This document shows positions 26,512 through 39,487 of a DNA stretch of 64,000 nucleotides, piece by piece. The DNA lies in the NCBI GenBank assembly GCA_964016885.1, contig OZ024743.1, forward strand, positions 38,006,001 through 38,070,000, written 5' to 3'. Under the pieces are notes generated by a model. That model saw only the letters and a list, made by a program, of their open reading frames with translations. It did not search any database and was not told where the DNA came from. The stretch is from Eledone cirrhosa (lineage: Eukaryota). A program made the position numbers and the translations under genes. Each line of letters begins with the position of its first letter. Positions within the stretch are counted from its first letter, which is position 1.

Positions 26512-28893
26512 CTATATATTGGGCTTAAAGTTTTGGAAGGAATGTCTGAAGCGGTGCTGGCAAGTTGCAAACACTTCAGATTTTTTGTTAAGTAGGTTAC
26601 GGTTAGAGAAGATAATATTGTGGGTCTCTAGTATACAGAGGTTACAAAATTTATTAGGTGGTTTGTACGAAGTCGCGCTAGCTATCACTTCCCATTTGAG
26701 TGTGTGAGGTTTATTTTTAGTTTTTAGATAGTGTATGTAGCTAGATAGTGAGGTGGAGTTGGCTAGACTGTGCTTTTGGAACGAGTGGATGTGCGAAATA
26801 TATCTGATTTTGAAGCAGTTAGAAGTGGAGCCTACATAGGTTTCTGAAGAGTTGCTAGTTGTGACGGTGCATGAGTATATGATATCCTTGGTTAGGCATT
26901 TTTTATCTAAAGGGCAGGTTCTATTAGCTCTACAGTTACAATTATCCCGTGTATTAGTCTGCTGGTTATAATGCAGTGCAGAAGTCTGGGTGGTAGCTAT
27001 AGGATTTTGGACATTCGGGTTGTCGACCCCGGTGTTATTTCTTATACTAGTGTTATTTCTATTGTTACTGCCGTTACTGTGGTTGTTTGCTACAGAGGTA
27101 CTGAGAAGGTTTACCTCCTGTTGTGATTTCGTTTGTTGGAAGTAAGAATTAATTTTACTTTTATTGCTGCTAGCTATGTGGAATGCTAAGTTAGGCGTCG
27201 TAGAGTATGAGATTTTAATAGTGTTTTTGTTTAAAAGGTTGTGGTACTTGTATCCTAGAGGGAAGTTTTTATCTAGTAGTGAGAAGAAAGCCCTAGGTAT
27301 GTTGGTGGAGACATTTAGGTTGAAAGGAGGGTTGAAAAATGTGTTATTTCTTCTTCTATTTTTGTTTTTAGTGTCTGGTGTGTTGTTTCTTACTAAGGCA
27401 CCACGGTAGTTTCCGTGGTAATGGTTACTTCCGGTGGCACCCTCCGATTTGGTATACTTGTGGTTGCTATTCCTATTATTAGGTTTCCTCATGGACATGT
27501 GCGAGATGATGTTGTAGCTATGCGTTTTCTTAGGTAGGAACTCAATTTCTATATTATGGCCGGATCTAGCTAATGCTTGATTATAATATTGTGAGTTTTT
27601 GCTAAATATGTTTGCGTCATAGGATAGATTAGAGATTCTATTGGATACCCCCTTAGAGATAGAGTTTAATATTGATCTAGGGTGATTAGACTTGGTATCT
27701 ACGTAAATGAGTTTTTCTTTAGGCTTATGGAAAGGTGTATATATTTTTGAGTCTAGGTATAGTGTGGCGTCTAGGAAGTTAACATTTTTAGTGTTTTTGT
27801 CCATGGTGATACTAAGGTTAAAGTTTTTGAATATCTTGCGCAATATTTTTCTAGTTCTTTCTATACTAAATCTTTTATAATCTATAAGTAGAAGTGCATC
27901 ATCGCGGTACAAACCACCGTTGAAGTAAGGGAGGTCCTTATTGATTTCATTAAGAAGGTATAGGCCGACCAAATCAGTGACCTGCGCCGAGTCACTAGAT
28001 CCCATGGTTATGTCGAAGTTGTTGTGCGTATCCTTGCGTGTCCATAGTTGGTCCTCGAAGGTGATTATGGTTTTACGGGCCGCAAGGATGACATCAATCT
28101 GGGCTCTAGTCAGGTCGCTATTGTTTATGGCCATGATTAGTGCCTTATTTAATAGGATAGGGGAAATAGAGGTGTAGTATGAATTGATATCAAATTGAAT
28201 ACATTTTTTGTCCTTATTATTCTTGATATCTTTGAACCATTTAATAACTTCACCAGTATTTCCCCATTGTTTAAGGTGTATCTTGTGTTTAATTTGTGGG
28301 ATGATTTTATCTAAAATTTTCTTGCTGATAATACCAATGTCGGACTTGGAAGGGCAGATAAGTCTTATCGAGGGGTTGCTAATGAAGTCCTCCTTATGAT
28401 CCTTCAGAGAGAATCTAGGGGGGTTTGGGGTGTATGGTTGTGTATGCCTCTGAAGTCCTAGTTTAGACACTATATTATATCCCTCTATATTAATATCTTC
28501 TAAGTTTTTCAAGGTGGTCTTCTTGTAGCTTTTATGTAGTTCATTATATATGAACTTTCTATAAGTATTATAATCTAGGCTGTATATGTTATTAGTTTTA
28601 TCTGCGTGTACAATAATTTTATTACTAGTTTTGAATCCATTAATAGAGGTGTTAAGTTTGTTTAAGGTGCTGCTTCTATTATGGTGCTTATTGTATTTAA
28701 TGTTCTTAACTAGTTTAAATAGGTCATTTTCAAAGGAGTTAAGTCGTGTGTTATGAGGGGGGCTTTTAAAGGTTTTAAAGCCGAAAGAGTCAAATTTGTT
28801 AGTATTATTAACATTGTTAGATCTGTTTCTATCATAATGGAATGTCCTCCATCTCACTCTATTGATAAATGAATTTACACTGTTGATCAGCAA
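26512..28893 (-). CDS. PLE reverse transcriptase + GIY-YIG endonuclease polyprotein (Naiad-type); true start probably ~28961 across a frameshift
   Basis: 793-aa ORF: FINRVRW, ADKTNNIY, KDHKEDF..NP..RLI, FDINSYYTSI, FDITMGS, GGLYRDD, NFLD, SNHP, FNPPFN, KISYS, CNC-x5-CPL, IIY...YVG, CNLC..E, CQH; upstream STKNIPIPS lies in another frame. Confidence 0.92.
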   Translation of the reverse strand: MLINSVNSFINRVRWRTFHYDRNRSNNVNNTNKFDSFGFKTFKSPPHNTRLNSFENDLFKLVKNIKYNKHHNRSSTLNKLNTSINGFKTSNKIIVHADKTNNIYSLDYNTYRKFIYNELHKSYKKTTLKNLEDINIEGYNIVSKLGLQRHTQPYTPNPPRFSLKDHKEDFISNPSIRLICPSKSDIGIISKKILDKIIPQIKHKIHLKQWGNTGEVIKWFKDIKNNKDKKCIQFDINSYYTSISPILLNKALIMAINNSDLTRAQIDVILAARKTIITFEDQLWTRKDTHNNFDITMGSSDSAQVTDLVGLYLLNEINKDLPYFNGGLYRDDALLLIDYKRFSIERTRKILRKIFKNFNLSITMDKNTKNVNFLDATLYLDSKIYTPFHKPKEKLIYVDTKSNHPRSILNSISKGVSNRISNLSYDANIFSKNSQYYNQALARSGHNIEIEFLPKKTHSYNIISHMSMRKPNNRNSNHKYTKSEGATGSNHYHGNYRGALVRNNTPDTKNKNRRRNNTFFNPPFNLNVSTNIPRAFFSLLDKNFPLGYKYHNLLNKNTIKISYSTTPNLAFHIASSNKSKINSYFQQTKSQQEVNLLSTSVANNHSNGSNNRNNTSIRNNTGVDNPNVQNPIATTQTSALHYNQQTNTRDNCNCRANRTCPLDKKCLTKDIIYSCTVTTSNSSETYVGSTSNCFKIRYISHIHSFQKHSLANSTSLSSYIHYLKTKNKPHTLKWEVIASATSYKPPNKFCNLCILETHNIIFSNRNLLNKKSEVFATCQHRFRHSFQNFKPNI

Positions 28894-29052
28894 TTTCTCA
28901 TATTCCTGGATGGTATTGGTATGTTCTTGGTTGACATGGGGAGTTGGTCTTTGATTAGCATATTGGTAATATATTGTATGTCAGCTCAACAATATGGAGC
29001 AGTTAATAGTATTAATTATACTATTTATGGATATGTAAATACAAAAACCTTT

Positions 29053-29093
<41 letters not shown>

Positions 29094-29299
29094 CTATATC
29101 TATCTGTACTTAACTTTCACCCAGTTTGACTATCCTAATATGTTTCGCAATTATATACATCACTCTTCTCGCCTGGTAGTTTCAACACACACGCCGACTC
29201 ACTCACACACACACATACACACAAACAGACACACATACACACACACACACACATAGATACATACACACAATATATATATATTAGTGGAAGTAGAAGTAC

Positions 29300-29425
29300 A
29301 TTACTGGGGCTTTATTTTATCGACCCCATAAGGATGAAAGGCAAAGATAATCTTTGCGGGATTTTAACTCAAAGGTAAAGGGCCGTAACTCTATGCTGCT
29401 AAGCATGCTGTCCGACGCTCTACCA
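29300..29425 (-). mobile_element. SINE family B copy (a second partial copy at 29640-29715)
   Basis: tttattttatcgaccccataaggatgaaaggcaaag is the reverse complement of the core at 13505-13545. Confidence 0.7.
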
Positions 29426-29801
29426 ATATTGTGATAATAATTTCATATATACGCATGCAAGAGCCCGTGATACCGGAAGGTTTCATAGACGACAACGTAT
29501 TAACATACGGCTTTCTAGGGCATTTTAAAACCTGTGGAGCCCAATCGTTTCCAGATCTGAATACAGCAAATTTCTTTCAACGAAGGAAACAGATTGGGAG
29601 AAGTGAGAAAGAGATACAGAGGATACATTGACCGCAGTATTACACTGGTACTTTTTTCATCGACCACGAATGATTGAAAGGCAAGTTGAACTTGGCGGAA
29701 TTAGAACTCAGAGAGCAGAGAACCAAGAACTCTAGATTCAGCTAGCCATTAGCGCGCGCACCCCCCCCCCACACACACATACAGACCCGTCCAATGTAAA
29801 T

Positions 29802-30284
29802 ACGAGCTATCCTCATACAGAATTTTTGCCCTCTGTGACACTTATAGCTGTATATGAAGCTCATTTGATAACTTTTTCTGAAAGAAACATGTTTTTTAAT
29901 GGTTCTTTAATAGGATATATATTCTCCCTTAATATTAAAAAAAGTAAATGGTCATTAGAGACTCGAGTCCATATATGCATGCTCGACGGGCAGACATGCT
30001 TCTTATATATGAACATTTATTTATTTCTCGCTCCTTGAACGATAAAGAGAGATAGTTAAAGAACTAGCTTCAGATTATATGGCAAATGTGACCATTTCAG
30101 GATTTAAACTCCGAATTCAGTAAGATGTAACTCAGCACTCTAATGACCCTGTCTGGCGGCTGTCTCAATAGGGGAAAAGAACCATTAAAAAATAAGTTTC
30201 TTTCAGAAAAAGTTATCAAATGAGCTTCATATACATCTATAATAAGTGTCACAGAAAAGAAAACTTCAGTATGTGGATAGCTCG
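29802..30284. mobile_element. MITE-like inverted repeat (~105-bp arms)
   Basis: 29802-29908 is the approximate reverse complement of 30177-30284 (gaagctcatttgataactttttctgaaagaaac). Confidence 0.7.
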
Positions 30285-30840
30285 TGTTTAATATGTTCAG
30301 AATAAAATAGAAGCTTACGAAATTTCCTATTAACATTTAATGTCACAAAATTATGTAATACAGAGAAAAAAATTGATATAAAATGAGATTACATATTGAT
30401 GGTAGTCAGTAATATATAATTTCAAAATTATTACGGGGATACCAATCACCGGCCTTATTTCCATACATACATGCATATATATATATATATATATATTTAT
30501 ATGCATGTATATATTAATAAAAGGAATACCAACTTTGTCTGATTTACTCGTTTTATTTACAATCCTTTAAAATTATAATGATATTATAATGAAACAGTAT
30601 GGTAGAATATTAAGTGCTAAATGTTAATTCAAACAAGTACTTTCATGCTTTCGCAATCTTTAGGTTCATATTCAGTGGTGAGTCAAGTTTGCAATTTTCG
30701 AAAATTGCAAACCTATATATATATATAAATACATTCAAATGGCCCCAGCATGGCCCCAGCCGGATGGCTGGAACAGATCAAAGAGTAAAATAGTATATAT
30801 ATATCCTTTACCTGTTCCAGTCATCCGACTGAGGACATGC

Positions 30841-31085
30841 TCAAGCAGCGCCCTTGTTGCTACACATTCTATCTCTAGTCTGTGTGGACTGGCCATTGGG
30901 TAAGAGTGAATTCATTGATACTAACCTTTTGTTACCTTCGTACTGTATCATGGACTCATCCGGGATTCTGGATAGCAGGGTGTAAAGATATTTCTTGAAA
31001 ACATCCACGTCCACACCATGCAGATCTCCCAAATTTCGTGGCAGCTTCTTGGAGAGTCGGTAGCCATTGCAATGGCTTCTACAGT
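30841..31085 (-). pseudogene. CR1-like LINE 3' coding end
   Basis: LP..L.DL.GVDVDVFKKYL..LL..IPDE, a typical CR1-group C-terminus. Confidence 0.55.
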
Positions 31086-31281
31086 ACTAGAACTGTTTCA
31101 CTCGAAGGAAATCCATATTAAAATGTTTACTCTATGTATTGAGTACTTTAATTACTGTGGTTACTCCCGATTGAACGAGGGATAACACACACACACGCGC
31201 ACACACACACGCACACACACAAACAGACACACACACACATACACACAGACACCAACGCACACACACACACACACACACACG

Positions 31282-31319
<38 letters not shown>

Positions 31320-31554
31320 CAAAATTAAGATAAATCAAATGAATTTAATCTAAATCAAAATTATGGGTGTCATGCCAGAAAGACATGCGCCATATCACCC
31401 GCAAAATAAGCTCTAAGATTCTAACGAGTAGGTCCGAGCATTTTATAATAACTAGTTACCTACCTAGCTATGTGTGGTTACACACTTGTAAAAATTATCT
31501 CCTGTGATTATTCATGTTTATTTATATGTTAATCAATCTCTAGTTATTATATAT

Positions 31555-31942
31555 ATATCCAAAATTAAATTAAGGGTGTCATGTCCGAGAGACATGCGAC
31601 ATATCCACTGTAGAATTTGACTGCTGTAATTTACCGATTAATGGTGAAATATATTTTCTTTAATGAAATATATACAAGGAAGATTAATCATTTTAAAATG
31701 ATTAATATTTGAAGTTCTAGTTTAACTTTAATTGGTTACCTACCTAGCTGTGTGTGCTTACATACTTTACAAATTACCCCATGTGATTGTTTCATATGTT
31801 TCGATATATATATATATATGTCAATCAATTTCTAGTTGAAATAAAATGCTCAGATCTATTCATTGGAATCTTTAGAGCATATTCTAAAGTGGATATGGCG
31901 CATGTCTCTCGGACATGACACCCGCAATTTAATTTTGGATAT
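31555..31942. mobile_element. MITE-like element with ~60-bp TIRs (partial tandem copy at 31350-31555)
   Basis: atatccaaaattaaatt..gggtgtcatgtccgagagacatgcg / cgcatgtctctcggacatgacaccc..aatttaattttggatat. Confidence 0.7.
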
Positions 31943-32439
31943 ATACGGCCCATTAATTGTAGAGCTAACTCAGTTGAAAGGACTCGGCTGCTATTTCTAG
32001 CTGTCGATAATCCTATTCACACCACTAGGATGATGCTGGTACGATGTGTGTATTTCTAAGAAAATGCAACACGTGCTACGGAACATTCGCAGATTTGCAT
32101 TTGCTCTGTAAACACAGATAGTTAAATCTTCTCCCTTGTTGAAAATCCGTAATTTGACTGCTGTGATTTACCGATTAATGGTGAAATATATTTCTTTAAT
32201 GAAATATATTTCTTTAATGAAATATATAGAAGGAAGATTAATCATTTTAAAAGGTATCTATATTTGAAGTTCTAGTTAAATTCCTATTCCCTATTGCTAT
32301 TCCGAGACACATTTCACACACAACTAAAAAAAATAACTACAAATGATACCTGGAAGGTTGCTTTACTTTATGGTAAGAAAACTATGATACATTCACAGAA
32401 TATATAAATATGATAAATAACCTTAACAGTAATCGAATT

Positions 32440-32615
32440 CACAATGGAGTTTAATACTGAAAACCTAGTCATTTTAGACATAAACCTTTTTAGAAACAGG
32501 GGAAGAATGGAAACAGACATTATCTATAATCCTATAGACTCCAAACAGTACCTTCTTTTTACATCAAGTTATCCGAAACACACAAAACTGAACATTCCTT
32601 TTAACGTAGCTCAAA
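32440..32615 (+). pseudogene. Penelope/Neptune-type RT thumb fragment
   Basis: FTME...LD....TDIIYNPIDSKQYL.FTSSYPKHTK.NIPF matches the PLE (K)PTD..YL...S.HP motif; a different PLE lineage from the Naiad copies. Confidence 0.65.
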
Positions 32616-32639
32616 GGCAGCCTGCGAAGAGCAATCTAG

Positions 32640-33170
32640 ATTTGAGTGGAGTTACAGTAAAATAAGTTGACAATTTCAGTTATCTAGCAGCCATGTCCGT
32701 GAGTGATGTAAGGCAGGTAGCTGGATTAAGTACAATAATTGCAGGAGCTCGTGCGGTAATGCGTCAGCTCAACATTCGTCCCTGAGAAGAAGGGGTAGGC
32801 ATAAAAGCATACTTTTATCTATGGTCATGAATTTGGGGTGGTGATAAATCAAATACGATCAAGAATACGAGCGGTTTAAATTGGCTTTCTTCGAAGGGTT
32901 TGGAGTAACTTTAGTCAATAGTATACGTACCTCGGAAATCAGATATTCGCTCAATGTAGTGCCAGTACGTGAGTGAATTATATACGTGTATTTAAAATGT
33001 CTTAAATGAGAATCGCTGGACAGATTTTACTGACAGATACAGCCTCCAGGAGACCCAGGGGTAGACACCGAGGATGCTGCTTAGATTACATTTATGAGCT
33101 TGGCTGGTCCAACCTGAGGATGCAGCTGGAGGAATTGGACACGGTTGCTTCTGACAGTAACCGCTACCTG
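32640..33170 (+). pseudogene. Degenerate RTE LINE 3' fragments
   Basis: VDNFSYL...; QILL....RRPRGR.R..CLDYI.EL.WSNL. Confidence 0.5.
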
Positions 33171-34017
33171 TATGTATGTATACATACATGTATATAAATA
33201 CACATATATACACACATATGTGTATATAGATACACATCTAAAGGGATGGTTACGCAATACCGGCTTACACACGCACGTATACGTTCAGAAATTTATATAC
33301 ATGTATATAAAAAAACTTTATACTAAAGATTATGTTTATCTATTGGTATGTCACTCTCTTTCACCCCTTCCCTCTCTATCTTTTTCTCTCTTTCTCTCTC
33401 TTCCTCTCTCCCCTTCCTCTCTCTCTCTCTATATATATATGATATATTAAATTCACACTATGCACATAGACTAGGTGTATGTGAGTATATATACGTTCGT
33501 GTGCAATGGTTATATAAATGGCTATATAAATAGCGAAAGAGCGAACGAAAGCAATAGTTAAAATGGTTAGATTCTGTGTGTAATAAGCATTGTCATTTCA
33601 TATATTCCGATGTCTGGTTTTATAATCTCTATATTATCTCGCTTTATCACTTCAGTAAGGTGTAATGTTTTCACTTCATTGCACAGCTCATAAGTTTCAC
33701 TTCATATTCATACATATATCTGTGTGTTGAAAAGAATAAATGGTTTGTACGTAATATAAAACACAATAAAAAATATTTCGAAACATCTTTATTTCTTATA
33801 TAAAAAAAAGATGAAAACGACAAAAGACTGAACATTGCTGGAAATATGTGTTCAAAGAAATGGTTCAAATTAGAATATTTATAAAATATTAATTATTGAA
33901 TTTAAGCAATGATAAAGAGGATGCCGTTGAAGTTATTTAACTTCAGAAAGTTAAAGAAGACCTAATGTTGATTCTAGGATTTTATTTGAAAGTTTTACAA
34001 TTTAAAGCGTTCTTTTC

Positions 34018-34109
<92 letters not shown>

Positions 34110-34144
34110 GTGTATCTATGTATCTTCCATACTCAATCTGTATA

Positions 34145-34206
<62 letters not shown>

Positions 34207-34208
34207 GG

Positions 34209-34245
<37 letters not shown>

Positions 34246-35549
34246 GCTTACAATACCGGTATGTCCCACTGTAGGCTCTGTGATCTAGAATTACTATATG
34301 TCCTTAGGAATGTAAAAAGGCTACTCAGCAACAAGTTAGAAAGATCAATTTTCTGCAGACACAGGATCGCCACTAAATACACAAGATTTAAGTATCCGTG
34401 AATCGAACCGACATAACTTAGCTTTCAACTTATGATATCCACAATATTGCACGGACCACCACAGAACTGTAATCATTAAGTGAATTCTAGCCTTCCTAAT
34501 TCTATACCACAGTAATGTCTGTAAGTATCTTATCAACCCATAAATATATCCCTTCCCAGCTGCTGTCAACACAACTTCCTCACCCTTGACACTTAACAAA
34601 TGAACCTAAATCCAAGAACATTTCAGAATACTACTACAGTAAAACATTACCTTCCTCCTGTTATAATTGTAGTCAGGATTTTTTTTTCTCTTTATATATA
34701 TATATGTATTGCCTCCTTAACCTCTGTATTAACTTACCTATTATATTGCTACTTTGTTAATGTTATATTATACATATATGTTATTGATGATGTGAAAGCT
34801 AAGCAACCCCATGATTCGAACTAACAATCCCTTCATAGACCACATATATATTGAACCCACCTCACACCACAAATATTACTATCCTCAATACAATGATAAA
34901 TATTTCATCTGTCAGATAATAAATGATTCTTACGGTCACCAGACCTACAGTAAAGGAAATGGTATATTCTTTAAAGCCACCGGATTATCTCTACACTATA
35001 TATAATACACCCCATGACAGCTTTTACATGTCAATTTCATACATCCGCCTCATGTCAGCTAGTTTAACACGCTAACGTCGTAGATATACTATGTTCCTTA
35101 CTTAGATTGATGTTATGATTATTTCAAATAATTTATTGCTAGCATTGTTAGTATTGTTGTTATTGTTCTGATCGAATGCCATTACTATATATAGAAGCCA
35201 TGCATGTATATTCCTTTCATTCTCGCAAGCTCTGATGATTTGACTGGTTTCAACTATGTATTGGTGATCGAATGATGTGAAAACAAGCGGGTAGCGATCT
35301 CTTCAGAGAAACAAATGTCACCAATGAGATTAAAAACCTTTTTTGTATAGTAAACCATGTCACTCTTCTTTCCTGATTTATCATTACTCCAAGTAATAAC
35401 AACATAGAAATCATCGCGTACTCGCAGCATGACTATGGACACGCCTTGTTGAGTCAAACTTAGCCAAGTGTTGATATCATCCACTACTTGGAGTACACTA
35501 ACTAGACTACACCTAAGTGGGCTACCTATAACAATAATCTGTTACACCG

Positions 35550-35581
<32 letters not shown>

Positions 35582-35653
35582 TATATATTTATACTCTGCT
35601 CTGTATTGAGTACCTTACTTACTGTGGTTACCCCTGATTGATCCCGGGATAAA

Positions 35654-35750
<97 letters not shown>

Positions 35751-35796
35751 AAATGTCAGGAGGCTGGACTGGTGTAAATCCTGGGAAAGGTTTATT

Positions 35797-35854
35797 ATAC
35801 TATGATCATTTCAATGACTGGGTTCAGTATGAATCCAGTGATATCATCAGATAT
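35797..35854 (-). ncRNA. Type I hammerhead ribozyme in a ~310-bp TA-flanked element (35748-36060)
   Basis: Reverse complement reads ATAT-CTGATGA-TATC ACTGGATTCA tac TGAACCCAGT CATT-GAAA-TGATCA-TA-GTAT-AATAAA. Confidence 0.8.
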
Positions 35855-36957
35855 TCAAAATATAAGAAAGGAATATAACAGATAAAATCCATGGGGCTGA
35901 AAATCAGAGACAAGATGACGACCGATTATTTAGCAGCCTCTACCTCAGTCGGCCGCCCTCGAGGGTGAGTTGCATTACCTTGAGTGCTCTCCATAATATT
36001 ACATCGAGATTGACCATACGGAATGACCAGTTCTATCCAGTGGTGAACCAACAAACCTAAATATATATACATATATACATACAAACACAAACACAAACAC
36101 ACATACACACAAACACACACACACATGCACACATTGGATTCGGAAACGTGAGGTTGTGATTTCGATACCCAGACCGGTCAAACTGTTATGTCCTTGAGCT
36201 AGACATTTTATTTCAGGTTGCTCCTTCTGTCTGGAGTTGAAACAGACGGAGATTATTAACAACTGAAAAGACAAATGGAAACATTGTTTCCTCGGTTCGA
36301 TTTGATGCGCTCCAGCCCACTTGTTAAGCGAATGAGGTAAGAGACCTTGTCAATCGACAATCGATATATATATATATATATATAAATATATTACACAAAG
36401 AGAAGTGTGTAAAAAATTATTACATGTGAGTTTAACCGTTACTGTATAGAGAACAATACCTACAGGTTTGCAATTAAATAGAAAAAAATTAAGTCAGAAT
36501 CAAATCTCTGAAGTAGAGTTTTAAATTACTAACCTTATAACTATAAGCTTGCTGATAGGAATTTAGTTCGTTTCACCACAGAAATGTGCCGTATAACAGC
36601 CCATAGGATCCGCAGTCAGCAAGTATGGGTATTATTCACGACACATCTATCCTAATGGATAGGGAGAAAGCTAATAAACACGCTGCCCAGAGGAGGGCGA
36701 AATCACGTGTTATTTGTTACACACTTCTCACTGTGTAACTCTTTGTGTAATATATTTGTATTTGAGCTCAGATGAAAATTCTCTGTTCTTCTTCGAGCTA
36801 ATATTATTATTACTGTGAACTGCGGAATACTTTAATTCCGATCTTTGTATATATATATATATATTTTTACACACGCACACACACACACAAACACACACAC
36901 AAACACACACACACACGCACACACAAACACACGCACAAACACACACACACGCACGCG

Positions 36958-37016
<59 letters not shown>

Positions 37017-37165
37017 CAGATTGGAGGTGGTAACAACCAGTTAGACCATTACTCACCAGAGTACTCAATACTTGGGGTAGTAGAGTGTGTAATGTTAACA
37101 AATTCATGACCCCCTGGCCGTTTCAACAGCTAGATCCGAACCAGTTCTGGTCTAGCTGTTGACCC
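37017..37165. mobile_element. Diverged relative of the fold-back family
   Basis: gtggtaacaaccag..gaccat..caccagagtactcaatacttggggtagtagagtg matches the family head; hairpin AACAGCTAGA..TCTAGCTGTT. Confidence 0.65.
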
Positions 37166-37369
37166 ACTGTAAATAATATGAAGTCTGGAAGGTTGTTCGT
37201 ACACTATTGGTTTTTATAGATGAGAAGGCTTGTGAATTCTCCGGACCAAATCAGAGAGTTGGAGTCATTGTGACGGTTATTTTTATCGGGTTATTTATTT
37301 ATTGTGATTGATTATTTGGTTCTGTAGTAGAGTGGTGGGTCTTTTTTAATGCACGGTTCACTTTAGAAA

Positions 37370-37512
<143 letters not shown>

Positions 37513-37695
37513 TGTATGCATATATATTCGTTTTTTATGTGATGAGCGGTGTTACTCTGGGGTAATGAAGGTGCATTTCGTAGCGAAAATAAATGAATAA
37601 TTAAACACCGCTTTGGTGTTGACTATATATTCTAACATCCGTTAATAACACAGCGATACATATATATACATATATAAATACACGCACACACAAAC

Positions 37696-39436
37696 ATGGG
37701 AATGGAGAAGATAAACTTACAGCTTCCCCCTGCCACTGTCACAGTAGCAGAGGTCAAGAAGAAAGGTCAGCCAGAGGAAGGATTTTCTCCACCTGTTAAC
37801 CGACAACTTGACGTTGCCATGGCAACAACCCAAAGAACCAGCGGCATCAGCAACAGCAACAACAACAACAATGCGACGGACGAAAACAACACCAATAACA
37901 ATAACAACAACAACAAGACCAATAACTGTGACAACAACAACAATGATAACAACAACACCACCAACGACAACAACACAAAAAAAAAAAAAATTTCTCCTTC
38001 GCCGAGACGGCAAGGAAAACCCTCGACTATCTGCGAGTAGATATAACCAAAGCGAAGGAGCTACTGGCAGATGCCAAACAATATATAGTGTACGGGGAAA
38101 TTGGTTCATTCACAATCCATTCCCCCCGGAACTAAAAAGCCAGAGACTCCTAAAAACTGTCATGTTTAGGACAATCTCGAATAAAAACAAAAAACCAGCT
38201 CAACCATCACAGAGTGAGATAGGGCTGGTTTTAAAAGACGTCATGAAGGACATCACCTTCATTCAGAAGGATAGACTCTACGGGAGTCTATCCATTCTCA
38301 TGAAGGACAGGGACACAGCAGTGAAACTGTCCATCAAACCAATCTCATCCACCGCATACACCTTCTACCCTACGCACATGGGTAGAAGAACACAAAAAAT
38401 AAAAATCCACACCATCCTGCCGATTATGGACATATAGTGGGTTTTTACAGGTTTCCTGGACCTGGAGGATTACATGCTGGTGTCCATGGGAAAGGCATCG
38501 GGTGACGCGTTCAGTGGAACGAGCCTCGAACTTGTAGTTCAAATGAAGCTCGAAAGGATCGCCCGGATCCCTGAACGCGTCATACTGGATGATCTAACCT
38601 TCATCAACATTACCGTTGAGGGTAGGCGGCCCTCGTGTTACCTCTGCGGAACCAGAGGTCACCTGAGGGCTGTCTGTCCCCAACTTAATAAGAAAACCCC
38701 AATCCTGCCTACACCACCAACAACAACTGCACAACCAACACAATCGCCACAACTACCACTACAAAAACAACCACCACAGCTCAAACCAAAACAAAACAAT
38801 GTCCAACCCATCCCCTCCACTCAAAAAACAAAAACAATTTCCAAAACACCCGCACCGCAAACACAACCCGAAAATATACCCCTCCCCTCCAACGCGGAAG
38901 ACGACCCCAGTTGGTCGTCAGACGAGGAGGAGCACTTCCACAAAATCAAAAGAAAAAAAAGAAAACACACCTCAGACACACAAATGAAAACAACCCCTCC
39001 TCAAAACATAACACTGACACCAACACAAAAGAGCTCACAACAACAGCAAACAAAAAACACCACACAAAAACAAAAACATGCATACACATACATAAACACA
39101 AGAAACAAAAAACTGTTAAACATTGTGTACAACAACAATCTAATAAAAACACAAGGGCCTAACTTCACCCAGGCAGGGGATTTCCCCCACCTCAAAATAA
39201 TTAAGGCCCCACAGGACACCTATAAAACTTTAAAAAAAACAATTTTAAAGAGGACGTGGGTCCCCCCCTGCGTCGGGCCCATTAACCGCGTCCTCCTAAA
39301 AAACTACCCCACCCCCTCCCCAAACACCCACACAACTCCAAACTCCCCAACCACACAACACACTGATGCCCCTACACTTCCACAAACCACCACCTCACCC
39401 TACAACCCATCCCCCACCCTAATGGAAATTGTGTAG
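37696..39436 (+). pseudogene. Tx1 ORF1 (gag-like; frameshift in the A-tract ~37977-37990, TAG at 38435)
   Basis: ORFs 37696, 37808 and 38474 join across one frameshift and one stop; VEGRRPSCYLCGTRGHLRAVC zinc knuckle; P/T/Q-rich tail. Confidence 0.8.
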
Positions 39437-39487
39437 CCCGATACTCGGGACGCAGAGAGGTAAGTCCCTTTTCTCTTCACCACCAAC

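Larger units (their letters stand above)
24840..29057 (-). mobile_element. Near-full-length Penelope-like element (Naiad-type) with partial direct terminal repeat
   Basis: 50-bp direct repeat agtattaattatactatttatggatatgtaaatac-aaaaccttttgca at 24840-24889 and 29008-29057; both ends abut (TA)n; RT + GIY-YIG ORF; hammerhead in the 3' pLTR. Confidence 0.9.

Noticed and set aside
26512-26950. Selenocysteine recoding as reported for some Naiad GIY-YIG domains
   Set aside because: All conserved Cys positions here and in the 5762, 15826 and 22440 remnants are TGT/TGC; no in-frame TGA at these sites.
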